The position numbers and the translations under genes were made by a program. DNA of 64,000 nucleotides. Source: an uncultured Nitrospirota bacterium. GTDB lineage: Bacteria; CG2-30-53-67. The stretch lies in NCBI GenBank assembly GCA_947259355.1, contig CAMYMF010000014.1, positions 9,180 through 73,179 on the forward strand. The letters run 5' to 3'. Shown one piece after another: positions 44,921 through 54,302 of the stretch; position 1 is the first letter of the stretch; each line of letters begins with the position of its first letter. The notes under the pieces are model-generated. The model saw only the letters and a list, made by a program, of their open reading frames with translations. It was not told the DNA's origin and ran no database searches.

Positions 44921-46672
44921 TCACTTTTTTTCTTTCCTGGAAGCCCCTCCGGCGCCGCTCGGAGACCGCTTGATTTTCAGCGAACGCATCCGGTTAATGG
45001 TGGCTGCCACCTCAAAGAGTCTCGGCATGGCGTAGCAGCCGAGCCGGTAGGGTGAAAGCATGTCAAACCCCTTCTTTCGAACATCCTGCAGGGAACGGAC
45101 CAGCCCCTCATGAATGGAACTTGTTGATTTTGCATAGTTTTTCGAGTAGTAATAAATCAGGTCCCCGATGGCCCGCGTCTGGGAGGCGTCCACGAGTTGC
45201 TCCACGGCACCCAGGGGGATTGCCTCCCGCCCGAAAACGATCTCCGCAACGCCCCGCGCGTCGATCCGGACCGCCCGTTTTCCGCGACTGGGGTCGAATG
45301 CTTCGGGCAGGGCCGCCCGTGGGCGGATGGCACCGAAACGGTTGCTCCCCTCCGTCTTCCGACGGCTGGCGTGCGTGCGGACCACCGCCCGTGCCTGAGC
45401 GGTGACGTCGGCCGGGCGGTACGCCTCCATCATCAAAACCTGGTCTGCGCAGTCGAGGTAGTCGCCCGATCCCCCCATAACCAAAATGGTGGAGACGCCC
45501 AGTTCCTCTCGAAGTTGGCGCACCTTGTCGACAAAGGGGGTGATGGGCTCCTTTTCCTTGGCCACCAGCGCCTGCATCCGCTCATCGCGGATCATGAAAT
45601 TTGTGGCGGAAGTATCCTCGTCGATGAGAAGCAGCCGGCTCCCCATTTCGAGGGCCTCCATGATGTTGGCTGCCTGGGAAGTGGATCCGCTGGCATTCGG
45701 CGTCGAGAAGAACTCGGTATCTTTCCCAAAGGGCAGGTTCTGAATGAAGGGCGAGATATCGACACCGGTGATGCTTCGGCCGTCCTCAGCCCGTATCTTG
45801 ACCGCCGTCGGGTCGGTGACCACATACTCCCGGCCATCGCCGGGCACGTGTGGGTAGATCGCGCGATTGAGTGCATTGAGCAGCGTCGACTTTCCGTGGA
45901 AGCCTCCCCCCACGATGAGGGTGATGCCAGGGGGGATGCCCATGCCGTGGACGATCCCCCGGTTCGGGGTGGTAAAGGCGCGGCGCAGGGAGTCAGGGGA
46001 GACAAACGATATGGGGTGCTCGACGAGCGGACGGTCGTCGATGCCGCTTCGCCTCGGCAGCACCGCGCCGTCCGCCACGAAGGCGACCAGTCCTTCGGCC
46101 AGCAGCGTCTCCCGGATGAATGCCTGGTCTTCGACCACAGCCAGATGGGCCATGAGCGCAGGTTCGTCGAGGCTGCGGTAATAGAGGGAGTGCGTCACAA
46201 TCGCCGGGAGTTCGTGGAGAAACATCTCCATCGCGTCGCCCCCCAGAATGGTCCGGCCCCGGGCGGGCAGCCCCATGACGAAACGGGCTTCCACCTCCCG
46301 GTCCGACACGAACAGAGCACTCCGTTCGAGCACCTCTTGACCCCCACAGTCGATCCCAATGAGACCGCCCTTGCCGATTCCCCGATTTCCCTTGGCCGTG
46401 CGCCTTGCGGCGCGGTGAAAGGCTCGGGTCAGGAAATCCTCCAGGGCCAGCCGCCGCACGGGGCTGGCATAGTGGGTCGGCGTGAACCCGGCCTGCGCCT
46501 GGGGCAACGTCACGCGCACCCGGGAGGGGGCTGCATACGGGTCGCCCTGGACGTGGTCCACGATCAACCGGAAGTCCCCGAATGCATAGCGTCCCTCGAG
46601 TTCTTTATAGGCTTTGTAGCCCCGACCGTCGATCCGTTTCAGAATCCCATGAAGATCGCTACGCTTCTTCAT
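44921..46672 (-). CDS. ABC-class ATPase domain protein (COG3044-like, function unknown)
   Basis: N-terminus LHGILKRIDGRGYKAYKELEG...DHVQGDPYAAPS, and P-loop GGGFHGKSTLLNAL. ATG at 46672. Confidence 0.75.
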   Translation of the reverse strand: MKKRSDLHGILKRIDGRGYKAYKELEGRYAFGDFRLIVDHVQGDPYAAPSRVRVTLPQAQAGFTPTHYASPVRRLALEDFLTRAFHRAARRTAKGNRGIGKGGLIGIDCGGQEVLERSALFVSDREVEARFVMGLPARGRTILGGDAMEMFLHELPAIVTHSLYYRSLDEPALMAHLAVVEDQAFIRETLLAEGLVAFVADGAVLPRRSGIDDRPLVEHPISFVSPDSLRRAFTTPNRGIVHGMGIPPGITLIVGGGFHGKSTLLNALNRAIYPHVPGDGREYVVTDPTAVKIRAEDGRSITGVDISPFIQNLPFGKDTEFFSTPNASGSTSQAANIMEALEMGSRLLLIDEDTSATNFMIRDERMQALVAKEKEPITPFVDKVRQLREELGVSTILVMGGSGDYLDCADQVLMMEAYRPADVTAQARAVVRTHASRRKTEGSNRFGAIRPRAALPEAFDPSRGKRAVRIDARGVAEIVFGREAIPLGAVEQLVDASQTRAIGDLIYYYSKNYAKSTSSIHEGLVRSLQDVRKKGFDMLSPYRLGCYAMPRLFEVAATINRMRSLKIKRSPSGAGGASRKEKK

Positions 46673-46813
46673 TAGAAGTGATCCCTCCCTGTTGCGAAGT
46701 GGCAACGCAAGGAATTCGCTGACAGTGTAATCAAGGATGCCCTCGCCCGCAACCCCCCGCTGCAGGGGGCAAATGCTGCGGCTATTTGGGCGATTTGGGC
46801 CGGAGGAAAGATC

Positions 46814-46842
46814 TTGACTTTATTCGTCGGGTTCACTATATA
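46814..46842 (+). promoter_or_regulatory. candidate sigma-70 promoter of the Rrf2/homocysteine cluster
   Basis: TTGACT (46814-46819), 17-nt spacer, TATATA (46837-46842). Confidence 0.45.
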
Positions 46843-46871
46843 TGACAAACTCGATCTGCCAGGTAAAGATT

Positions 46872-47333
46872 ATGAAGTTGTCCAACCGGAGCCAGTACGG
46901 CGTGCGGGCGCTTTTTGACATTGCCTACTATGCCGAGGGCAAGACCATACAGCTCCACGAAATTTCGAAACGGGAAGGGATCCCCAAACGGTTCCTGGAA
47001 CAGATCTTTTTCGTGCTGAAAAAAGCGGGAATCGTCGACAGCACCCGGGGGCCCAAAGGCGGCTACGCCCTGCACCGGCCGCCCGAAGAGATCTCCGTGG
47101 GTGACATCGTCCGGGTGCTGGAGGGCCCCATCGAGCCGGTTCCGTGCACCACCATGGAAGAAGACGGCTCCCCCTGCCACTATCTCGACTCCTGCGTGAC
47201 CCGGGGCGTCTGGCAGGAGGCGGGAGAGCTGCTCAGCCGATATTTCGATTCCGTGAGCCTTGCGGATCTCTGCGCACGGGCAAAAGAGCTCGGCCTGAAA
47301 AGAAACAGCAAACGCTCCATGTATCACATATAG
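46872..47333 (+). CDS. Rrf2-family transcriptional regulator (three-Cys, Fe-S type)
   Basis: MKLSNRSQYGVRALFDIA...RGPKGGYAL wHTH, and a Cys triad PCTTMEEDGSPCHYLDSC. Confidence 0.88.
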   Translation: MKLSNRSQYGVRALFDIAYYAEGKTIQLHEISKREGIPKRFLEQIFFVLKKAGIVDSTRGPKGGYALHRPPEEISVGDIVRVLEGPIEPVPCTTMEEDGSPCHYLDSCVTRGVWQEAGELLSRYFDSVSLADLCARAKELGLKRNSKRSMYHI

Positions 47334-47360
47334 CGCCGGACGAACATCGGGAGGAACTGC

Positions 47361-48569
47361 ATGGCAGGGCAAACGGAGGTCAGGAAAACCTACAGCGAGA
47401 TCAACGCCAAGATCCGAAAGGGCGAGGCCGTCGTCGTAACCGCGGAGGAGATGATCGGCATCGTCGACCGGGAAGGTCCCGTTGGTGCGGCTCGGAAGGT
47501 GGATGTGGTGACCACGGGCACCTTCGGTCCCATGTGCTCCTCGGGTGCCTTCCTGAACTTCGGGCACTCCAAACCCAAGATCAAGGTTTCCAAAGCCTGG
47601 CTCAACGGTGTCAGCGCATATGCCGGACTGGCTGCGGTGGATCTGTACATCGGTGTAACGGAGATCCCCGAGGAAGATCCTGAGAACAAGGTACATCCCG
47701 GCAAGTTCCTCTACGGCGGCGGACACGTCATCGAGGATCTCATTGCCGGCAAAGAGGTGCGGCTCAAAGCCGTGGCCTACGGCACCGACTGCTATCCAAG
47801 CGGGGAGATCGACACACAGATCACGCTGCAGGCGCTCAACGAGTGCTACCTGTTCAACCCGAGAAACGCTTATCAGAATTACAACTGTGCCGTAAACTTC
47901 GGCAACAAGATGCTCTACACCTACATGGGTGGGCTGAAGCCAAAGCTCGGCAATGCCAACTACTGCAGTGCCGGACAGCTGTCCCCTCTGTTGAACGACC
48001 CCTATTACCGGACCATTGGTATCGGCACGCGCATCTTCATCGGCGGCAACATGGGGTACGTGGTGGGTCCTGGCACCCAGCACAACCCTTCAGTGAAACG
48101 CGGGGAAAACGGCGTGGTCCGTGCGCCCGCGGGCACCATGGCGACCTACGGCGATCTCAAGGGGATGCGTACGGAATATGTACGGGGCGTCAGCCTGCAG
48201 GGTTACGGTACCTCCCTGGCGCTGGGTATTGGTGTGCCCATCCCCATACTGGATCAAGAGCTGGCCCGGACGACGGGGGTTTCCGACGAGCAGATCGTGA
48301 CACAGATTGTCGATTACAGCACGGACTACCCCCAGGGTATCGCCAAGAGTTACGGGGAGGTCAACTATCGCGAGCTCAAATCGGGCAAGATCATGATCGA
48401 GGGCAAAGGGGTCAAAACGGCCGCGCTTTCGAGCTATCCCAAAGCGGTCAAGATAGCCGAGACTCTCAAAGAGTGGATACTGGGCGGCCGCTTTTTCCTC
48501 GGCGAGCCCCAGGAGACCCTGCCGTCCGCCGATGCAGGTGTCAGCTTCAAACCACTCACTCAGAGATAA
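47361..48569 (+). CDS. homocysteine biosynthesis protein (COG1900/DUF39 family)
   Basis: [21 protein letters not shown]...[23 protein letters not shown] is typical of the DUF39 sulfide-dependent homocysteine synthesis family. Confidence 0.85.
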   Translation: MAGQTEVRKTYSEINAKIRKGEAVVVTAEEMIGIVDREGPVGAARKVDVVTTGTFGPMCSSGAFLNFGHSKPKIKVSKAWLNGVSAYAGLAAVDLYIGVTEIPEEDPENKVHPGKFLYGGGHVIEDLIAGKEVRLKAVAYGTDCYPSGEIDTQITLQALNECYLFNPRNAYQNYNCAVNFGNKMLYTYMGGLKPKLGNANYCSAGQLSPLLNDPYYRTIGIGTRIFIGGNMGYVVGPGTQHNPSVKRGENGVVRAPAGTMATYGDLKGMRTEYVRGVSLQGYGTSLALGIGVPIPILDQELARTTGVSDEQIVTQIVDYSTDYPQGIAKSYGEVNYRELKSGKIMIEGKGVKTAALSSYPKAVKIAETLKEWILGGRFFLGEPQETLPSADAGVSFKPLTQR

Positions 48570-48594
48570 TAACCACCAAGGCAAGGAGGGAGCC

Positions 48595-49524
48595 ATGAGA
48601 CCAGATCGCGTCGAATGGATCACCGATCTGATTGGGTACAGCCCGGTCGTTCGGATGCAGCGCATCGTCGATGCGGAACACCCGACAATCTGGGCAAAGC
48701 TGGAATCTTTCAATCCGGGCGGCAGTGTCAAGGACCGTATTTGCCTCTCCATGATTGAAGCGGCGGAGCGGGACGGCAAGCTGAAACCCGGCGGCACCAT
48801 TGTCGAGCCGACCAGCGGCAACACGGGTATCGGGCTGGCCCTGGTGGCTGCGGTCAAGGGCTACCGCGCCATCTTCACCATGCCCGAGACCATGACCCTG
48901 GAACGCCGCAAACTGCTTTGTGCCTATGGTGCGGAGGTGGTGCTGACGCCGGGGGAGGCAGGGATGAGCGGTGCGGTTCAGAAGGCGGAAGAGCTGGCCG
49001 AGCAGAATCCGGACTACTTCATGCCCCAGCAGTTCAAGAACCCCGCCAACCCCGAAGTCCACCGGCGCACGACGGCGCAGGAGCTCCTGCACCAGGTGGG
49101 CGAGAAGATCGATGCCTTTGTGTCCGGCGTCGGCACCGGGGGCACCGTGACCGGCGTCGGTGAAATTCTGAAAGAGCGGATCCCCGGCGTGCGGATCATC
49201 GCCGTCGAACCGGAGGCGTCTCCCGTCCTCTCAGGGGGCAAACCGGGCCCACACAAGATTCAGGGGATTGGTGCAGGGTTTGTGCCGGACGTGCTCAACA
49301 TGGGCGTCGTGGATCAGGTGATGCAGGTCAGCAACGAAGACGCCGCAGCGGCGGCCAGACGGATGACCCGCTGCGAGGGTATTCTCTGCGGCATCTCCTC
49401 CGGGGCCGCCATGCACGCTGCCCTCGAGGCGGCCCGAGGCATGGCTCCGGACCAGGTGATGGTCGTGGTGCTGCCTGACACGGGAGAGCGTTATCTCAGC
49501 ACGGAGTTGTTTGGTGCGCTCTGA
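48595..49524 (+). CDS. cysK: cysteine synthase family protein (PLP-dependent, CysK-like)
   Basis: PLP-lysine motif [25 protein letters not shown] loop. ATG at 48595 after AAGGAGGG. Confidence 0.9.
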   Translation: MRPDRVEWITDLIGYSPVVRMQRIVDAEHPTIWAKLESFNPGGSVKDRICLSMIEAAERDGKLKPGGTIVEPTSGNTGIGLALVAAVKGYRAIFTMPETMTLERRKLLCAYGAEVVLTPGEAGMSGAVQKAEELAEQNPDYFMPQQFKNPANPEVHRRTTAQELLHQVGEKIDAFVSGVGTGGTVTGVGEILKERIPGVRIIAVEPEASPVLSGGKPGPHKIQGIGAGFVPDVLNMGVVDQVMQVSNEDAAAAARRMTRCEGILCGISSGAAMHAALEAARGMAPDQVMVVVLPDTGERYLSTELFGAL

Positions 49525-49575
49525 GCGGCGCGCCCGCGCCAAGCCTACAGGATGGTTTTAAAGGAGTCCGCGACC

Positions 49576-49986
49576 ATGGTGGCAAAGAAAGTACTGCTTC
49601 GATTCTCCAACAGCCTGATCAGCAAGCCCATTGTCTACCGGCTCGTGAAAGACTACAATCTGGCCTTCAACATACTCAAAGCGCAGATCCTGCCCGACGA
49701 AGAAGGGGAAATGGTGCTGGAAATAGAAGGGGACCGTGCGTGCTACGAGAAGGGCATGGCCTTTCTCAAAGACACCGGCGTGGAGGTGCTCAACATCGAC
49801 AAGCGGATCGTCAAAGACGAGGAGCGCTGCTACCACTGCAGCGCCTGTACGGTCGTCTGTCCGAGCGGGGCCATCTCCATCGATCGCGAGACCATGCGGG
49901 TGGGCTACGATCCGGAACAGTGTATCGTCTGCGAACTTTGCGTCGGCACCTGCCCGCCCCGGGCCATGCGGGTGGAGATCGTGTAG
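49576..49986 (+). CDS. NIL-domain plus 2x[4Fe-4S] ferredoxin protein
   Basis: NIL-like N-terminus (PIVYRLVKDYNLAFNILKAQI). CYHCSACTVVCP and CIVCELCVGTCP. ATG at 49576 after AAGGAG; the ORF is open from 49552. Confidence 0.8.
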   Translation: MVAKKVLLRFSNSLISKPIVYRLVKDYNLAFNILKAQILPDEEGEMVLEIEGDRACYEKGMAFLKDTGVEVLNIDKRIVKDEERCYHCSACTVVCPSGAISIDRETMRVGYDPEQCIVCELCVGTCPPRAMRVEIV

Positions 49987-49994
49987 ATCGTCCG

Positions 49995-50843
49995 TTATGT
50001 TTGCGGTGCCCCGACCCCTCCGGAATCCTTGAAGCCGAGCGCTTCTGTTCCAAGAATTCTTTCCGAACAACTGTACACATTCATCCGGTTTCCCCGGGCA
50101 AATCCGACCAGGGTGATGTGGAGGGTGTCCGCTATCTGGATCACCTGGTCGGTCGGCGCTGCGCGCGTCACGAGAATGGGAACCCCGCCACGGGCGACTT
50201 TCATGATGATCTCTGATGAGATCCGGCCGCTGGAGAACACCGCCTTGTCCTTGGTCTCGATCCCGTCGAGGCAGCAGGCGCCCAGCACCTTGTCCACCGC
50301 GTTGTGCCGCCCCAGGTCCTCGGCAAATGCGATGAGACGCTCCCCGTTGGCCACGGCGGCACTGTGGGTGCCTCCCGTGGTCAGATAGCTCGACGAGCAT
50401 CGCTGCAGATCCCGCATCCGGGCGAGGATCTGTTCTGGGGCCAATTGTACGCTGCCACTGGCCTTCGGTCCTTCCAGCGCATCCATCACGTCGCACAGAA
50501 TCGTGCCCCGACCGCAGCCGGACGTCAAGGTGACATTGCGGACCCGCTCTTCCAGGTCGAGTTCCACACCCACAAGCACGACGGAGACCGTATCAGCCTG
50601 TGCGTCCAGCTCGATCGAGCCGATCTGCCCCGTTTTGTCGATGAAGCCTTCGGAGAGTAGAAATCCGATGGCCAGTTCCTTGCGCTGTCGCGGTGTGCAA
50701 AGCAGGGTAATGAAGGGCTGGTGGTTGATCCGAACGTGCAGGGGGCGCTCCGAGGTTACGGGATCGTTGCGGCTGCTCCAGACCCCCTTCTCGTAACGCA
50801 GGATGCGCTTCGTGGTTTGATGTTCCGAGTGTTCGGACGGCAT
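49995..50843 (-). CDS. fdhD: formate dehydrogenase accessory sulfurtransferase FdhD
   Basis: GGTHSAA, DLGRHNAVDKVLG, SGRISSEIIMKVARGGVPILVTRAAPT. Confidence 0.88.
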   Translation of the reverse strand: MPSEHSEHQTTKRILRYEKGVWSSRNDPVTSERPLHVRINHQPFITLLCTPRQRKELAIGFLLSEGFIDKTGQIGSIELDAQADTVSVVLVGVELDLEERVRNVTLTSGCGRGTILCDVMDALEGPKASGSVQLAPEQILARMRDLQRCSSSYLTTGGTHSAAVANGERLIAFAEDLGRHNAVDKVLGACCLDGIETKDKAVFSSGRISSEIIMKVARGGVPILVTRAAPTDQVIQIADTLHITLVGFARGNRMNVYSCSERILGTEALGFKDSGGVGAPQT

Positions 50844-50885
50844 GTGGGGCTCCTGTTGTTTGGGGAATATCTGTGAGGCCTTCCG

Positions 50886-51791
50886 TCAAACTCCCAGTGC
50901 CATGGGAGACTGCTTGAGCAGTTCTACAAACTTCTCTGCGGGCTGCGTGCGGAAGGATTTTTTCTGGAAGATCAGGCTGAAGTCCCTGAGGAAACGGACA
51001 TCGGTGAAGGAGAGCGCCTTGAGCATGCCGAAGCGGAGCTCCTTCTGGACCGCCCAACCAGAGATGACACTGACGCCGAGCCCGTTTTCCACGGCTGTCT
51101 TGATGGCTTCCGTGCTGCCTAAATACATGACCACATTCAACTGCTCGGGGTTGATGCCCGCCCGCTGCAGGGTGTTCTCGACGACCTGGCGCGTCCCCGA
51201 TCCGTCTTCGCGCATGATGAACGGAAGATCCAGGAGCTCTTCCACCGAAATATCCCCCCGCTTCGCCCAGGGATGTTCGGCGTTGACCACCAGCAGCAGC
51301 TCATCGGAGTCCATCTTCTGCACGACCAGGCGGGGGCTGTCTACCTCGCCTTCCACCAGACCGAGATCCAGGCGGGTTTTGAGAATGCTGTCTATAATCG
51401 TCTGGGTGTTGCCCCGTTCAAAGTCGATGAGAATATCGGGATAGCGTTTCTTGAATTCCACAATGATATTGGGCAGATAATAGGTGGCCAGGGTGGTGCT
51501 TGCACCGATGCGCAGTTTGCCCTTGACCATGCCGGTGGCCTCGTTGATCTCCTTTTCGATGGCCGCATAGGCCGAGAGGATACTGGTGGCGTGCCGGTAG
51601 AGAATTTTGCCCGTGTCAGTCAGGGAGACCATTTTGTTGTTTCTGGAGAAGAGCTTTGTGCCCAGTTGCTCTTCGAGCGCCCGTATTTGCAAACTGATGG
51701 CCGGCTGCGTGAGATACATGGTCTTGGACGCCTTGGAAAAGCTCCGGCTCTCGGCTACAGCGCAGAAAACCTTCAGTTTATGATCATCCAT
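50886..51791 (-). CDS. LysR-family transcriptional regulator
   Basis: N-terminal HTH LKVFCAVAESRSFSKASKTMYLTQPAISLQIRALEEQLG, followed by a substrate-binding domain. Confidence 0.9.
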   Translation of the reverse strand: MDDHKLKVFCAVAESRSFSKASKTMYLTQPAISLQIRALEEQLGTKLFSRNNKMVSLTDTGKILYRHATSILSAYAAIEKEINEATGMVKGKLRIGASTTLATYYLPNIIVEFKKRYPDILIDFERGNTQTIIDSILKTRLDLGLVEGEVDSPRLVVQKMDSDELLLVVNAEHPWAKRGDISVEELLDLPFIMREDGSGTRQVVENTLQRAGINPEQLNVVMYLGSTEAIKTAVENGLGVSVISGWAVQKELRFGMLKALSFTDVRFLRDFSLIFQKKSFRTQPAEKFVELLKQSPMALGV

Positions 51792-51830
51792 GGGGTGACA
51801 CCGATAAAAAACTTCTATGGAGGTATAAAA

Positions 51831-51845
51831 TAGTTTAATAAACTA
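51831..51845. promoter_or_regulatory. perfect 15-nt palindrome, candidate LysR operator
   Basis: TAGTTTA-A-TAAACTA, 40 nt upstream of the LysR start codon. Confidence 0.35.
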
Positions 51846-52025
51846 CCACAAACCTTATAGCCCGTCAATGATAAGCATTACTTATGATAAGAACTCCGTG
51901 TCGGGTTGCCGGGCGGCCTGTGAGGCACCGTCCAAACCGTGGCGTGCCAGGGGGGAAAGATGAGCGAAAGAAGTTCCTAGAAGGCTTTAAGTTTAGATAA
52001 TAATCAGTAGACAAACCCCAGATGA

Positions 52026-52775
52026 TTATACAGCTTCTGGGCTTTCCTGGTCGGTAGAAACCTGGTCTTTCCGGCCGAATATGCGGGTCAGCAGCACGCT
52101 GATCTCATACATAAGCACCAGGGGCACGGCCATCAGGCTCTGGGTGAGCGGATCGGGGGGGGTCAGGGCTGCACCAAAGACGAAAAAGAGAAGATAAGCG
52201 TATTTTCTTTGTCTGCGTAGGAATTTAGAGGATACGAGCCCCAGTCTACTCAGGAGCATCAGGATGAGCGGCAACTGAAATATTATTCCAAAAACCATAA
52301 TTAGACGGATGCTGAAGGAGAGATAACTAGCAATATTAATGGTCGACTGCAGGGACGGGTCGAAATTGAGGAAAAACTCTGTTCCGTAGGGCAGTACAAT
52401 GAAATAGCACAGAGACGCCCCGCCCAGGAAGAAGAGGCTGCCGAACAGGATGAAGGGGAGGAGGTACTTCCGCTCCCGTTCGAGCAGACCGGGGGCCACG
52501 AACATCCAGATCTGATAGAGGACAATCGGGACGGACAGAAAGATTCCCGAATAGACGGCCACTTTGATATGGACGATGAAGGGCTCCATCAGGCTGAAAA
52601 AACGAAGCGGTTCGTCCTGGAGGGTCTTCTTGATCGGGGCCTGCAGAAACGCCAGGATTTGGTGGCGAAAGAAATAGCAGAGGACCGCGCCGAGCAAAAT
52701 GGCCACAACGATCTTAATCAATCGGAATCTGAGTTCCTCCAGATGATCGGTGATGGGCATCTTCTTTTCTTCCAT
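52026..52775 (-). CDS. tatC: twin-arginine translocase subunit TatC
   Basis: ITDHLEELRFRLI N-terminus and six TM segments. Start at 52775 or 52760. Confidence 0.9.
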   Translation of the reverse strand: MEEKKMPITDHLEELRFRLIKIVVAILLGAVLCYFFRHQILAFLQAPIKKTLQDEPLRFFSLMEPFIVHIKVAVYSGIFLSVPIVLYQIWMFVAPGLLERERKYLLPFILFGSLFFLGGASLCYFIVLPYGTEFFLNFDPSLQSTINIASYLSFSIRLIMVFGIIFQLPLILMLLSRLGLVSSKFLRRQRKYAYLLFFVFGAALTPPDPLTQSLMAVPLVLMYEISVLLTRIFGRKDQVSTDQESPEAV

Positions 52776-52888
52776 CGGGCACAACCCTTTCTGTCTTATC
52801 TCCAACCTAAGCTCCATGCCGTCGGGCATGAAGGCTTCGGCGTCGGCACTCTAATGGTTCCGGTGTTCTGCGAGCAGGCGCCTGCACC

Positions 52889-54301
52889 TCAGGATGCGCG
52901 GGCAGCCACCTCGCCTGCGACCCGCGCCACCGTTTCGAGCTCCTCATCCTGGATGGTGCGCACGTCCAGCAGAAACCTATCGTGGCGGATCCGTCCGATC
53001 ACGGGAGGATCGGCTGCGCGAAAAGCCTCCTCGAGACTGTTCACCGATATGCGGGACGTACTCAAGCTCACCAGGCAGGTCGGAAGGGGGGTCTCCGGCA
53101 GGGCCCCGCCGCCCACCTGGGAGAGATCTTCCATGATGTCGACCGCGAAGGCGTCTCCCGCAAGGCTCTGAATACGACGCGCCAGGTTTTCCGCCCGGGC
53201 CGTGAGCGCACTCGGCGGCGTGCTCAACATCCTGAGAGTCGGGATCCGCCGCTGGGCGTCCGGCGGGTCGAGGAACATGCGGGCGATGACCTCCAGGGCT
53301 GCCAGGGTCATCTTGTCGACGCGCAGCGCGCGCGTCATGGGGTTCTTTTTGACTCGATCGAGTATCGCCTTCTTGCCGACCAGAATGCCCGCTTGGGGAC
53401 CGCCCAGCAATTTGTCGCCGCTGAATGTCACCAGATGGACGCCGTCTCGGACACTCTCCTGGACGGTCGGTTCTGCGGGCAATCCGAAGGTTGAAAGGTC
53501 TACGAGATTACCGCTCCCCAGGTCCTCCATCAGAGGCAGGCCGGCTTCCCCCGCGATGGACACCATCTCCCGGCGCGAGACCTCCCGCGTGAAGCCGCGC
53601 ATTTCGAAATTGCTCATATGGACTTTGAGGAGCGCCGCTGTCTGCTCCCCGATGGCATTGCGGTAGTCCCGGGGATGTGTCTTGTTGGTGGTGCCCACCT
53701 CCACCAGGTGGCAGCCCGACTTCTTCATGACATCGGGAATGCGAAAGGAGCCGCCGATCTCCACCAGCTGGCCCCGGGACACGATGACCTCCCGCCCTTC
53801 GGCCAGCGTGTTCAGCCCGAGCAGCACCGCGCCCGCATTGTTGTTCACCACCAGGGCCGCTTCGCTGCCGCAGAGCCGGCAGAGCAGATCCTCCACATGG
53901 GCGTAGCGCGTGCCGCGGGTGCCCTTGGCGAGATCGTACTCGAGATTCGAATAGTGCGACGCGACACGCATCACCTGCTGCAGGACTTCCTCCGGCAGCA
54001 CGGCGCGGCCCAGATTGGTGTGGATGACCACGCCCGTGGCGTTCACCACAGGTCGCAGATGGTAGCGCCCCATCTCTGAGGCAGTTTTTGCTACCCGGGG
54101 AATAATCGTTGCCAGGGACATCTCCTCCGCTGCCAGGTCGCGCCCCGCCCGGATCTCCTGCCGCAGGGATGCGAGCACCCCGTGCACCGCATCGACGACC
54201 AACCAGCGGGGATGGGCTTTGAGCAGGGGCGCAAGATCGGGTGCGTTCAAGATCGTGTCGACGGCGGGTATATCCCGCAGCCGGTGCAGTTGGCTTTTCA
54301 T
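52889..54301 (-). CDS. selA: L-seryl-tRNA(Sec) selenium transferase
   Basis: N-terminus LRDIPAVDTILN, and PLP-lysine motif FSGDKLLGGPQAG. The ATG at 54301 lies 1 nt after the upstream gene stop. Confidence 0.9.
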   Translation of the reverse strand: MKSQLHRLRDIPAVDTILNAPDLAPLLKAHPRWLVVDAVHGVLASLRQEIRAGRDLAAEEMSLATIIPRVAKTASEMGRYHLRPVVNATGVVIHTNLGRAVLPEEVLQQVMRVASHYSNLEYDLAKGTRGTRYAHVEDLLCRLCGSEAALVVNNNAGAVLLGLNTLAEGREVIVSRGQLVEIGGSFRIPDVMKKSGCHLVEVGTTNKTHPRDYRNAIGEQTAALLKVHMSNFEMRGFTREVSRREMVSIAGEAGLPLMEDLGSGNLVDLSTFGLPAEPTVQESVRDGVHLVTFSGDKLLGGPQAGILVGKKAILDRVKKNPMTRALRVDKMTLAALEVIARMFLDPPDAQRRIPTLRMLSTPPSALTARAENLARRIQSLAGDAFAVDIMEDLSQVGGGALPETPLPTCLVSLSTSRISVNSLEEAFRAADPPVIGRIRHDRFLLDVRTIQDEELETVARVAGEVAARAS

Positions 54302-54302
54302 C

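Noticed and set aside
45197-46675. 492-aa + strand ORF
   Set aside because: Antisense to the COG3044 ATPase gene. Low-complexity translation.
46836-48083. 415-aa minus-strand ORF
   Set aside because: Antisense to the Rrf2 and DUF39 genes, both of which have strong family signatures and RBSs.
49995-54301. In-frame TGA (selenocysteine) recoding near selA/fdhD
   Set aside because: All ORFs in this stretch are continuous and full length. No split ORF pair joined by TGA and no SECIS-like hairpin was seen.
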